Part shown: one piece after another, positions 47,901 through 57,363 of the stretch | Position numbering within the stretch: position 1 is the first letter of the stretch | How the letters are laid out: each line of letters starts with the position of its first letter | DNA from: Ignavibacteriaceae bacterium | GTDB taxonomy: Bacteria; Bacteroidota; Ignavibacteria; Ignavibacteriales; Ignavibacteriaceae | Reading direction: 5' to 3' | Length of the DNA: 64,000 nucleotides | NCBI GenBank assembly: GCA_020848375.1 | Contig: JADLAF010000022.1 | Span: 10,663-74,662 of the forward strand | Notes under the pieces: model-generated | What the model saw: only the letters and a program-made list of their open reading frames with translations | Told to the model about the DNA's origin: nothing | Database searches by the model: none | Translations under genes and position numbers: made by a program

Positions 47901-47906
47901 TATATC

Positions 47907-48638
47907 TCAGGCAGTCTGCTGATTTTCTTCAGTTTTTAACTTTGGGATTGTGCGGTTTTGCACCATTTCATCACTTGATATATAACCATCCTTTAAGCGG
48001 ATAATTCTCTCAGCATGTTGCGCAACAAACTCCTCATGTGTTACCAGGATAATAGTATTACCTGCTGCATGAATCTGTGAAAAAAGATACATAATTTCAT
48101 CACCAGTCTTAGAGTCAAGATTTCCGGTCGGCTCGTCCGCAAGAATAATAGCGGGATTTGTAACTAAAGCTCTTGCAACGGCCACTCTCTGCCTCTGTCC
48201 GCCTGATAATTCATTTGGTTTGTGATGAATTCGGTCAGCCAGACCCACATCAATAAGAGTTCTGGTTGCCCTTTCTTTCCTTTCCGCACTTCCGACTCCA
48301 GCATAGATTAACGGAAGCTCAACATTATGAAGTGCATCCGATCTCGGCAACAGGTTGAAGGTCTGGAATACAAATCCAATTTCACGGTTACGTATTTCGG
48401 CAAGCTCATTGTCACTCATCAGACTGACATTCTTACCTTTGAAATCATACTTACCGCCTGTTGGTGTGTCCAGACAGCCGAGCATATTCATCAGGGTTGA
48501 CTTTCCTGACCCTGAGGGTCCCATAATTGCAACATATTCGTTTCTATTGATGGTGAGCGATACATCGCGAAGCGCGTGAACTTCAACGTCACCAATCTTA
48601 TACATTTTACGAATATGCTCAATGCTGATAATGTTCAT
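47907..48638 (-). CDS. ABC transporter ATP-binding protein (MacB/LolD-type NBD)
   Basis: 243 aa. It has Walker [10 protein letters not shown], the signature LSGGQRQR and Walker B ILADEPTG. Confidence 0.9.
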   Translation of the reverse strand: MNIISIEHIRKMYKIGDVEVHALRDVSLTINRNEYVAIMGPSGSGKSTLMNMLGCLDTPTGGKYDFKGKNVSLMSDNELAEIRNREIGFVFQTFNLLPRSDALHNVELPLIYAGVGSAERKERATRTLIDVGLADRIHHKPNELSGGQRQRVAVARALVTNPAIILADEPTGNLDSKTGDEIMYLFSQIHAAGNTIILVTHEEFVAQHAERIIRLKDGYISSDEMVQNRTIPKLKTEENQQTA

Positions 48639-48647
48639 ACTGATACC

Positions 48648-49949
48648 TTAATTAGCGGCCGGTTTTTTCTTGCCGCCGTCTTTGTTTTCAACTTTAACCA
48701 GTTTGCCATTTTCAAGCTCTCTTGAAATTGCGCGGTAGCTGCCTGAAACAACTTCTTCGTCACCGGAAAGACCGGATATTATTTCTATAAAGTTATCATC
48801 GCTGATTCCGGTTTTCACAGAAACGGATTTTGCTTTTCCGTCTGTGACGATAAATACTATTTCCTGAGGTGCATCACCATTGCCATTTTTCTTTTCCGAA
48901 ACCTGAAGATTTGATTCTTCTTCCTCGGGCTCTGGTATCTGTTCGATACGAGCAGTTACACTTGGTATGGGTACACTAACAACCTGAAATCTTGTCTCTG
49001 TTTCGATATTTGCATTACAGGACATTCCGGGACGAATTTTTTTCTCCTGGGAAAAGATCTTGATTTTTACTTCAAAGTTTATCACCTGATCCTGAGTGCC
49101 AAATCCTGACTGTTTTGCACTGTTGCCAATTTCATAAACCACTCCAAGGAACTCACTTTCACCAAATGCATCAACTTTTACCCTGGCAGTATCGCCATAA
49201 GTGATAAGTGTAATATCATTCTCATCAACATCAACAATTGCCTGCATATTTGAAAGGTCAGCAATCGTCATGATATTTGTTCCTTGTGAAAATCCGCTTC
49301 CTAATACTCTTTCACCAAGTTCAACATTCAGTTGAGTAACCGTGCCGTCCATTGGTGAGACAATGGTAGTTTTATTAAGCTGTTCTAATGCTTCTCTGAC
49401 GGCTGCCTGGCTTTGCGCCACGTTTGCCTCCGCTCCGTTATATAATGAAGACGTGCTCAGATACTGGCTTTTGACCGCTTCGAGCTCTGCGTCACTTGAT
49501 AGTTTTTTTGCATAAAGTTCCTTTGCCCGGTTATAGTCGGAAGTTATCTTGTCTAATTCAGCTTTCCGCGCAGAAAGTGTAGCTTTAGCTGACTGAAGAT
49601 TTGCTTCAGCTCTTTCCTTTGCGGCAAGATATGTATCTGCCTTTATACGAAGAAGTACTGTTCCTTTTTTAATAACATCGCCTTCTTTAACCGGGAGTGA
49701 CACAATTTCACCGGTTACTTCCGGAGTAATAACCACTTTAAAGACCGGATCAATGCTTCCGATAGCAGATACTGTCTGAGTAATATCACGTTTGATAACT
49801 TTTTCAGTCTGAACGCTTATAATTTCCTCTTTATTGCCCTTAACAATAACCAGAATTACCAAGGCAAGAAGCAGCAACCCGATTCCGCCGAATATATAAA
49901 GTTTTTTTCTGGATTTCTTTTTTACATTAATCTCTGTCATCGAGACCAT
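48648..49949 (-). CDS. Periplasmic adaptor (membrane fusion protein, HlyD/MacA-like)
   Basis: 433 aa with an N-terminal TM, a lipoyl-like half-motif, a long coiled-coil hairpin and a beta-barrel domain. It lies between the TolC-like gene and the ABC genes. Confidence 0.8.
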   Translation of the reverse strand: MVSMTEINVKKKSRKKLYIFGGIGLLLLALVILVIVKGNKEEIISVQTEKVIKRDITQTVSAIGSIDPVFKVVITPEVTGEIVSLPVKEGDVIKKGTVLLRIKADTYLAAKERAEANLQSAKATLSARKAELDKITSDYNRAKELYAKKLSSDAELEAVKSQYLSTSSLYNGAEANVAQSQAAVREALEQLNKTTIVSPMDGTVTQLNVELGERVLGSGFSQGTNIMTIADLSNMQAIVDVDENDITLITYGDTARVKVDAFGESEFLGVVYEIGNSAKQSGFGTQDQVINFEVKIKIFSQEKKIRPGMSCNANIETETRFQVVSVPIPSVTARIEQIPEPEEEESNLQVSEKKNGNGDAPQEIVFIVTDGKAKSVSVKTGISDDNFIEIISGLSGDEEVVSGSYRAISRELENGKLVKVENKDGGKKKPAAN

Positions 49950-49952
49950 CCT

Positions 49953-51287
49953 TTATTTATTTTCAAATTTTGATGAGTCAAGCAGTCCAATCTGATACTC
50001 AAGCTGTTCTTTAAGTTTAAGGTAATCAAACTGCGCTGTTATATAACCTGATTGTGCATTCGTGTATTCTGAATTTGCTATCAAAACATTCAGGAGTGTT
50101 GTGGCTCCGAGAAGATACTTCTCCTCTTCAATTTTTCTGTTTTCTGATGCAGCCAGCACGTTGCTCTTCCCGACTTCCAGACGTTTTTCTGATGCCTGAA
50201 GGTCAAGATAATTTTTTAGCAGATCACGTTTAATCTCCCTTTCAAGATCTCGCAGTTCTAACTCTCTGACTGACTTATCAATCTTTGCAAGCTGAACCTG
50301 CTGATCAGTGCTCCACCCGCTGAAGATGGGTATATCAAGTGTAAGTCCGAAAGAATAATTTTTATTTTCAAAAAGGTCACCGGGGCTGCCTGCCTGAGTA
50401 TTAAAACTAAAATTATTCCTTAGTGAAGGAAGATAGCCGGACTGAGCAATGGTAATTGATTCTTCCGCGCTGTTAAGAGAAAGTTTGCTGCTCTTATAAT
50501 CGTATCGGGTCTTGAGCGCCTGATTTACTAAATCATCGAGCTTAAGTCCGCCGATGCTGCCCTCACCCAGCTCCATGCTCAGTGTTTGATCTGCTTTGTC
50601 TTCAAAAGCGTAATCTTCAAAAACATCAATACCGAGGTAGTAGAAGAAATTGCTTTTGAGAGTTTCAAAACTATTCTGGGCCTTAATCACTTCAAGTTCA
50701 GCGTTCCCTAACTTAACCTGCTGCGCATATACATCCGCAATAGTAACCGAGCCAAGGCGGTTTCTTTCCTGAATAATTTCAAAATTCTTCTTGTTCCATT
50801 TCAGATCATCTTCTTTAACAGAAAGAAGTTTTTTTGCAGTAAGAACATCATAATAAGCAGAAAGCGTCTGATAAATTATGTCCTGCTTGAGTTTCATAAA
50901 ATTCATCCTGGCGGCTTCAAGATTACTCTCGCTTCTATCCAGATTAGCATAACTTGCCAGTCCGTCAAACAGTTTCCATGATCCGCCTATTCCGGCTGAG
51001 TAAGTTCTTGAGTCGGTTGAGTTGCTGCCAGAAAGTAACCCTGATGAGTTTGCTGAGCTCTCGTAGCGGTTCCAGTTCCAAGATAGATCCGCACCAATAG
51101 CAGGAAGCAAGGCGCCAAAAGCAGATTTTTTTGCTGCTTCATAAGATTTCAGATTTTCCTGTGACTGAAGAAAGACTGTATTTTTCTGAAGCGCAATCTG
51201 TGTTGCCTGTTCAAGTGTAAGTACCCGTTGTCCGAATGCGCTTGGAGTAATAAGTGCAAGTAACAGCAGGATTCTAAAAAATTTCAT
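49953..51287 (-). CDS. TolC-family outer-membrane efflux protein
   Basis: 444 aa with a signal peptide and a two-fold internal repeat of coiled-coil/beta segments typical of TolC/OEP. It is the first gene of the efflux operon. Confidence 0.8.
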   Translation of the reverse strand: MKFFRILLLLALITPSAFGQRVLTLEQATQIALQKNTVFLQSQENLKSYEAAKKSAFGALLPAIGADLSWNWNRYESSANSSGLLSGSNSTDSRTYSAGIGGSWKLFDGLASYANLDRSESNLEAARMNFMKLKQDIIYQTLSAYYDVLTAKKLLSVKEDDLKWNKKNFEIIQERNRLGSVTIADVYAQQVKLGNAELEVIKAQNSFETLKSNFFYYLGIDVFEDYAFEDKADQTLSMELGEGSIGGLKLDDLVNQALKTRYDYKSSKLSLNSAEESITIAQSGYLPSLRNNFSFNTQAGSPGDLFENKNYSFGLTLDIPIFSGWSTDQQVQLAKIDKSVRELELRDLEREIKRDLLKNYLDLQASEKRLEVGKSNVLAASENRKIEEEKYLLGATTLLNVLIANSEYTNAQSGYITAQFDYLKLKEQLEYQIGLLDSSKFENK

Positions 51288-51452
51288 GAGAACTCCGGTA
51301 TTTCGATTATTAACAAATTTTTCATTGGGTGACCGGTTTATTTTTCATTATTACCGGTTAAAAATTAACAAATCCAGAACGCTTTGGGTTGAGTAAGTGT
51401 ACAAGCGGAAGAATACTATGACCAGCGGGGAAACCAGCCACACAGACGATGG

Positions 51453-52871
51453 CTAATCACCGGTTGCCTTAAGCAGTTCATCCTTATTTTCCATCATATA
51501 AGTAAAAGCTGCTTCATAGTCATTAGGAATAGTACCATCCAAAATTGCCTCCTCAATGGCTTTTTTAATAATGCCGACAGCTTTCCCGGGCTTAATCTGA
51601 AGTACCTGCATTATAACATCCCCCCTGACCGGAGACTGAAATGCCCTGAGACGATCTTTTTCTTCGACCTCATAGACCCTTTCCATCACCGTGTTGTAGT
51701 TTTCCAGGTATCGATTTACCTTTTCCCGGTTTTTACTGGTTATATCAGCCCTACAAAGTGTTATCAAATCATTCAAATCTTCCCCGGCATCTACAATCAG
51801 CCGCCTTATCGCTGAGTCGGTTACACTTTCCTCTGCTAATGCCATTGGTCGCTGATGAAGCCGGACAAGTCGGGTGACATAGTCAATCTTATGATGGGGT
51901 AATTTTAGCCGTTCAAAAATTCCTTCAATCATTCTGGCACCAATTTCCTCATGCCCGTGGAAGGTCCAGCCAATCCCCTCATAAAATCTTTTAGTCGCTG
52001 GTTTTCCAATATCATGCAGGAGTGTGGCCATTCTGAGCCAGATATTATCTGAGACTTTACAGAGGTTATCAAGAACGTCACAGGTATGATAAAAAACATC
52101 CTTATGATGATAATCCTTACGCTGATCAACACCGCCCAGGCGAGCCAGTTCAGGAAAAACCACCTCCAAAACGCCCGTTCTATACATAAGTATCAGACCT
52201 ATTGACGGGAAGTCGGAGGCCATAATCTTCAAAAACTCATCGGTTACCCTTTCCCTGGCAACAATCTTAAGCCGATCTCTCATTTTGAAAGCAGCGGGAA
52301 AAATAGAATCATGCGGCTGAAAATTTAATTGAGACGCAAATCTAAAAGCCCTCATTATTCTCAAAGGGTCATCATCAAAAGTGGCCTCAGGATCAAGTGG
52401 CGTCCGGAGGATCTTATGGTCCAGGTCTGTCAACCCGCCTGTGAGATCTATAAGTTCACCAAAATTGTCCTTATTCAAAGAAACAGCAAGTGCATTCACG
52501 GTGAAGTCTCTTCGTAGGATATCATCCTCGAAGGTCCCTGCTGTAACAGATGGATTTCTACTCTCTTTGGAGTAAGATTCCCTTCTTGCACTTACGAACT
52601 CAAAACTCCATTCGGGTGTATGAAAATGTGCAGTGCCGAAATTCTTATAAACAGTAAATCCGGTACCGTCAACTTTTTTGCAGACTTTTCTGGCAAAAAT
52701 TTCTGAGTCTCCCATAACCAAGAAATCCATTTCCGGCTTACTTCTCATTCTCTGAAGAAGCAAATCCCTGACAAAACCGCCAATGAGGAATACACCAATG
52801 CCAGTTTCATCAGCAGTTTGTTGCCATTCTGTCAGGAATGGGAAAGGTCTTAACTCATTTTTCAGATTCAT
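51453..52871 (-). CDS. tRNA nucleotidyltransferase (CCA-adding)/poly(A) polymerase family protein with HD domain
   Basis: 472 aa. It has GGFVRDLLL, DFLV and RRDFTVNALA (PolyA_pol head), plus an HD domain (HHKDVFYHT...LLHDIGK). Confidence 0.8.
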   Translation of the reverse strand: MNLKNELRPFPFLTEWQQTADETGIGVFLIGGFVRDLLLQRMRSKPEMDFLVMGDSEIFARKVCKKVDGTGFTVYKNFGTAHFHTPEWSFEFVSARRESYSKESRNPSVTAGTFEDDILRRDFTVNALAVSLNKDNFGELIDLTGGLTDLDHKILRTPLDPEATFDDDPLRIMRAFRFASQLNFQPHDSIFPAAFKMRDRLKIVARERVTDEFLKIMASDFPSIGLILMYRTGVLEVVFPELARLGGVDQRKDYHHKDVFYHTCDVLDNLCKVSDNIWLRMATLLHDIGKPATKRFYEGIGWTFHGHEEIGARMIEGIFERLKLPHHKIDYVTRLVRLHQRPMALAEESVTDSAIRRLIVDAGEDLNDLITLCRADITSKNREKVNRYLENYNTVMERVYEVEEKDRLRAFQSPVRGDVIMQVLQIKPGKAVGIIKKAIEEAILDGTIPNDYEAAFTYMMENKDELLKATGD

Positions 52872-53937
52872 TTTTCAGATTTTCAGTGCCGCCGCCTAAC
52901 AGTAAAGCAAGGGGCTTGAGCGAATCATTATTTTCAAATATAATTATACAGATAGCGGCGAACGGAACAGCCAGAAACATTCCGGAGATACCCCACACCC
53001 AACCCCAAAAGAGGAGAGAAAGCAGGACAAAAACCGTACTCAGGTTCAGATGCTTTCCAAGATATATCGGTTCAAGATAATTACCGATAATATTCTGATT
53101 CAGAATGAGCAGAATACTCCCGGCAATAAAATTTAAATTGACTCCAAATTTAAGGAATAAAAAAAGGATAGGAAAGGCAGTTGCGATGAGAGAACCGATA
53201 TTGGGAATAAAATTAAGCAAAAATGCCACAATGCCCCAAAGTATTGCAAAATCACCGCCGGTAAGAACCACTATCAAACCAGTCAACGTTCCGGTCAAAA
53301 AACTTATCAGAGTTTTTATGAGTATATATGAGCGTACCTGTTTGTTGATCTGCTCATAAGAGAGCATAACCTGCCCTTCGCGACCGCCGAAAATCTTATC
53401 CAACTTCTTTTCAAATGCATCTCTGCCCCCGCTCATAAATAACCAGAACAGAAGTACAATAAAAACATCACCTAAAAATGAAGTAATACTCCCCAGCAAC
53501 CCGGATATAATACCAGAAGAGAAGAAAGCATCAAGCACCGATGAAATGCTAAAACCGCTGGTTTCAGCATCAATCAACTGAAGCATCTCATCAGGTGTAT
53601 ATCCGAAAATTGCGAGTATTTGTGCTACGATTGCGGTCAGACGCACGGAGTAGTTACCCCACCCCTGTGAAAATCCGCGGGAAGAAGTAGCAACCAGAAA
53701 ATAAATGAGGAACAGCATTCCGATAATCAAAACAGAAACAATAAGAATCGCCAGGATTTTCGGTACTTTCCACTTAACCAGTTGTTCAATTATTGGATAA
53801 GTTAACAGGGTTAGCAGAGCAGCAAAAACAAACGGTATCAGAATTGACTGAAGCTGAATCAAAATAAAAAATATCGCTATCACCGATACTATTCCGAGAG
53901 AGAATTTCAGTAATGCATCATTTCTGTTTGTTTCCAT
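52855..53937 (-). CDS. AI-2E family (PerM-like) transporter
   Basis: 360 aa with about 8 TM helices and the conserved NFIPNIG and LNQNIIGNYLEP blocks. Confidence 0.75.
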   Translation of the reverse strand: METNRNDALLKFSLGIVSVIAIFFILIQLQSILIPFVFAALLTLLTYPIIEQLVKWKVPKILAILIVSVLIIGMLFLIYFLVATSSRGFSQGWGNYSVRLTAIVAQILAIFGYTPDEMLQLIDAETSGFSISSVLDAFFSSGIISGLLGSITSFLGDVFIVLLFWLFMSGGRDAFEKKLDKIFGGREGQVMLSYEQINKQVRSYILIKTLISFLTGTLTGLIVVLTGGDFAILWGIVAFLLNFIPNIGSLIATAFPILFLFLKFGVNLNFIAGSILLILNQNIIGNYLEPIYLGKHLNLSTVFVLLSLLFWGWVWGISGMFLAVPFAAICIIIFENNDSLKPLALLLGGGTENLKNESEK

Positions 53938-56075
53938 TATTGATCCTCGTAGAAATTATCTGTTGAAATAAAATTGCTGTATCTAACAAATTGCTCATAA
54001 TCACTTATTGCACCCGGCGGTAAATACTCTGAATTAGTGAGTTCCAGAGCTGTTTTAAACAAAGTTCGGTTTCCGGAAGCTATGGCTCCTCTGGCAGCTT
54101 TAAGTTTAACATATTCAGTCCATGTATCTGGTTTTGGAATAGTCAGGCAGATTTCGAGCACCTCAGCAGGAGACGTAAGATTTGATAACGGCAGCAAGAG
54201 ATATACCGTGCTGTCATATAGTTCAGAAAGTATCAGGGTCTTTTTTAATGAATCTATGCCCGAAAGATACGCCCTGAGAAGTCCTTTATTAAAAAAAAAG
54301 ATACGGGTTTTAAGTACTGCATCGTACCGCAGATTAGGAGAACTCAGCAGAAGGATATTGTAATCTTTTTCTGAGACGTTTCTTCCGGACAGTACTTTCG
54401 CGTCAATTTTTTTTAATTGTATGTTGATGTCGGTAATTTCTTTATCAAGACGTTCGGTAAAAAAGTACAGGTCCTCATATCTTCGGGTTTCTTCGAGAAG
54501 ATTAGCATAGGCAACAATATATCTTTCATCAGCATTATTTTTCAAAAGCTCTTGCAGGATGTTTTCGGCCAGTGCATAATCATGGTTTCCTATCGCCTGA
54601 ACTGCTTCAGCATTTTTTTCTGCCTGAAAACGAGGACAATTTTTCAGAATAAATGGCTTCGACTTAAAGTAATAAACTGATGCTGCTGAATCTCTTAGGG
54701 CGATGCTTCTGTTTCCCGAAAGTATCGCCTCTATAAAAATTTCATCCGCTGTCGTGTTTAAATTTGATCTAAAATCGCCAGTCCGGTAAACATTCTTGAG
54801 TTTAGCTGTGCCATATTGTTTATGAATTTCGTTTAAAATCAAACCGGCTTTTAAGTATGCATAACGAGTGTTTGTCTGAAAAAACGATAGCGTCCCCTGG
54901 TTTATAACTGTCTCATCACCTGAAATTTTTGACGCTGCACTGAGCAACCGGGGTATTTCCTGGTCATCAAAAGAAAAATCAGAAAAAACTGCTAATCCTT
55001 CAATCAGCCAGGGATTGAAACCACCTGCCACATAAAATGGCGGGTTTGAGAATTCAGATGCCAGTATATGAGCGAGTTCATGCCTCAGGGTGCTAAAGAC
55101 AGTTCCTAATGATGTATGAATCTCTTTCTTCCAAGGTTTGGCTATATCTGCCTTCTCAGAACCAAAAAATTTTCCTTTATCAAAAGAATTTTTATAAATA
55201 TATGATGAGATTTGATAACTGACCGTAACCTCAAATTTATCTTTCAATTCCGCCAGATGAAATTCATGAAAGGTTTTCAACTCCTCAATCAACTGTTTGG
55301 ATAAATCAACAGGATGATAAATTAAAAAATTCTGAGTTTTAGAAATTGTGTAACCATTGCGCCTCAGCATATCTTTAGTTATAATAAATCCGAAAAAGGG
55401 GGCAACGGTCAGATAATAAATCACCACCAGGACTACCGGTATCAAAATTCTCAGTTTCGATGATTTAACCTTTCCAATCAGGAAACAGATTCCAGCAAAC
55501 CCCAAAGTAATGATTGCTCTGTGAAGAAGTAATCTGCTGTCAATTTTCAACAGTTCATCATAGATAGTGCCAGGGAAGAAGAATAAAACGGGGTTATAAA
55601 AAAATACCTGACTCAAAAAGTAAAACTGAAAAATCGGCTCAACAACAATGACGAACAAGACAGCGAGAAATATCACATAGCGGTATCTGGCAAACGTTAA
55701 AATGATAATTTGTGAGAGAAAAAAAGAAACCCCTGTTACCGGAATCACCCCAATCAAAAAGAATTTCAAGCCATGAAGATAAGAACAGCTTTCCGAAAAG
55801 ATGGACTGAAAAAGTCTGACTGTTGGTTCAATTAAAATAAGTGGAAGAACAATCAGAATAACAGCCCCGGCACTCAACCCTTCTCTGGCTGAAATGTTCA
55901 AAAAAATGTGACCGGTCAGAAGAAAAATGAGAAATGAGTTAATTACGGCAGATTCATAACTAAAATATCTTGTTATTGGTAAAAACAGAAGAAGAACGGA
56001 AACCAGAAGCTGAATCAGATAAAGGAAAATTAACTCTCTCCGATGGATGATTTTAGCCAGATCGGTCATAATCAC
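53937..56075 (-). CDS. Polytopic membrane protein with gluzincin-like HExxH domain and helical-repeat C-terminus
   Basis: 712 aa. About 8 N-terminal TM helices are followed by LRHELAHILAS...NPWLIEGLAVF (an HExxH plus downstream E, like the M1 WLNEGFA motif). The C-terminal about 250 aa are TPR-like helical repeats. Confidence 0.55.
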   Translation of the reverse strand: MIMTDLAKIIHRRELIFLYLIQLLVSVLLLFLPITRYFSYESAVINSFLIFLLTGHIFLNISAREGLSAGAVILIVLPLILIEPTVRLFQSIFSESCSYLHGLKFFLIGVIPVTGVSFFLSQIIILTFARYRYVIFLAVLFVIVVEPIFQFYFLSQVFFYNPVLFFFPGTIYDELLKIDSRLLLHRAIITLGFAGICFLIGKVKSSKLRILIPVVLVVIYYLTVAPFFGFIITKDMLRRNGYTISKTQNFLIYHPVDLSKQLIEELKTFHEFHLAELKDKFEVTVSYQISSYIYKNSFDKGKFFGSEKADIAKPWKKEIHTSLGTVFSTLRHELAHILASEFSNPPFYVAGGFNPWLIEGLAVFSDFSFDDQEIPRLLSAASKISGDETVINQGTLSFFQTNTRYAYLKAGLILNEIHKQYGTAKLKNVYRTGDFRSNLNTTADEIFIEAILSGNRSIALRDSAASVYYFKSKPFILKNCPRFQAEKNAEAVQAIGNHDYALAENILQELLKNNADERYIVAYANLLEETRRYEDLYFFTERLDKEITDINIQLKKIDAKVLSGRNVSEKDYNILLLSSPNLRYDAVLKTRIFFFNKGLLRAYLSGIDSLKKTLILSELYDSTVYLLLPLSNLTSPAEVLEICLTIPKPDTWTEYVKLKAARGAIASGNRTLFKTALELTNSEYLPPGAISDYEQFVRYSNFISTDNFYEDQ

Positions 56076-56085
56076 TCCCGTCGGA

Positions 56086-57351
56086 TTAATACTCAGAGCC
56101 GGCTACGCGCTGAATCCTGGCTCCGAGTGAGTTCAATTTTTCTTCCAATTTTTCATATCCCCGGTCAAGATGATATACTCTTAAAACCTCGGTAGTTCCC
56201 TCAGCGATAAGTCCTGCCAAGACCAGTGAGGCACTCGCCCTCAGATCGGTGGACATAACTTTTGCTCCGTTGAGTTTAGGGACGCCCCTCACGATCGCGC
56301 TGTTTTCTTTAACGGTAATATCTGCTCCCAAACGGTTTATTTCGGGGACATGTGCGAAACGGTCAAGATAAATTGTGTCTGTAATGGTTGATGTTCCGAA
56401 AGCCGTTGACATATATGCTATCCATTGCGCCTGCATATCGGTGGGAAATCCGGGGAAGATAGAGGTAGTCACATCGCTCGGAATGATATCAGAATTGTCT
56501 AAGCTAACCATCACTAAACCATTTTGATTCAACACTTTAGCCCCTGCATCTTCAAGCCGTGCTAATACTGCGATTAAGTGATTATCTCTGATATTGGTGA
56601 AGGTAACAGAGCCGCGTGTCATGGCGGCTGCTATCATTAGAGTGCCTGCTTCGATGCGATCAGGGATAGTTTCAATTTCAGCCGGTTTTAGCTCATCCAC
56701 ACCTTCAATAGTCAGGATTGGTGTCTCGATTCCGGATATCCGTGCTCCCATTTTATTCAGAAAATGAGTAAGGTTGGTTATTTCAGGTTCCATGGCCGCG
56801 TTATTGATTACAGTAGTTCCCTTTGCTAAAACTGCTGCCATAAGAACATTTCCTGTAGCTCCTACTGAAGATTTATCAAAATTAATCTTGGCTCCGACTA
56901 ATTTACGAGAACGTGCAATAATATAGCCAGCGTCCAGTTCAATCTCAGCACCTAATTTTTTCAGACCTTCCAGATGAAGATTTATTGGTCTCGGACCCCA
57001 TGCACAACCACCAGGCAGGGAAACTTTTGCATATCCATATTTTGCAAGCAGAGGACCAAGGACGTAAAATGATGCCCGCATCTTTTTAACCAGTTCGTAC
57101 GGGGCTTCCATAGACGTGAGAACTGATGTATCAATGCTTATAACATGATCACTAAAGTTTACTTCCGCCCCAAGATGTTTCATGATTTTTATCATGGTAT
57201 AAACATCATTCAACTCAGGTGTATTTCGGAAAACGGAGACTCCATTTGCAAGAAGTGCTGCGGGCATTAAGACCAGTGATGCATTTTTTGCACCGCTTAT
57301 TGAAATCTGACCTCGCAGGGGATGTCCCCCCTCGATGATTAATTTATCCAA
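56086..57351 (-). CDS. murA: UDP-N-acetylglucosamine 1-carboxyvinyltransferase
   Basis: 421 aa. It has ISGAKNASL and the active-site loop PGGCAWGPRPI, with full-length MurA/EPSP-synthase-fold similarity. Confidence 0.9.
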   Translation of the reverse strand: MDKLIIEGGHPLRGQISISGAKNASLVLMPAALLANGVSVFRNTPELNDVYTMIKIMKHLGAEVNFSDHVISIDTSVLTSMEAPYELVKKMRASFYVLGPLLAKYGYAKVSLPGGCAWGPRPINLHLEGLKKLGAEIELDAGYIIARSRKLVGAKINFDKSSVGATGNVLMAAVLAKGTTVINNAAMEPEITNLTHFLNKMGARISGIETPILTIEGVDELKPAEIETIPDRIEAGTLMIAAAMTRGSVTFTNIRDNHLIAVLARLEDAGAKVLNQNGLVMVSLDNSDIIPSDVTTSIFPGFPTDMQAQWIAYMSTAFGTSTITDTIYLDRFAHVPEINRLGADITVKENSAIVRGVPKLNGAKVMSTDLRASASLVLAGLIAEGTTEVLRVYHLDRGYEKLEEKLNSLGARIQRVAGSEY

Positions 57352-57363
57352 AATTTCTTTTTT

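Noticed and set aside
45424-51287. Efflux operon as a bacteriocin/lantibiotic exporter or immunity system
   Set aside because: No precursor peptide, modification enzyme, C39 peptidase domain or immunity gene is present. The architecture is a generic MacAB-TolC-like type.
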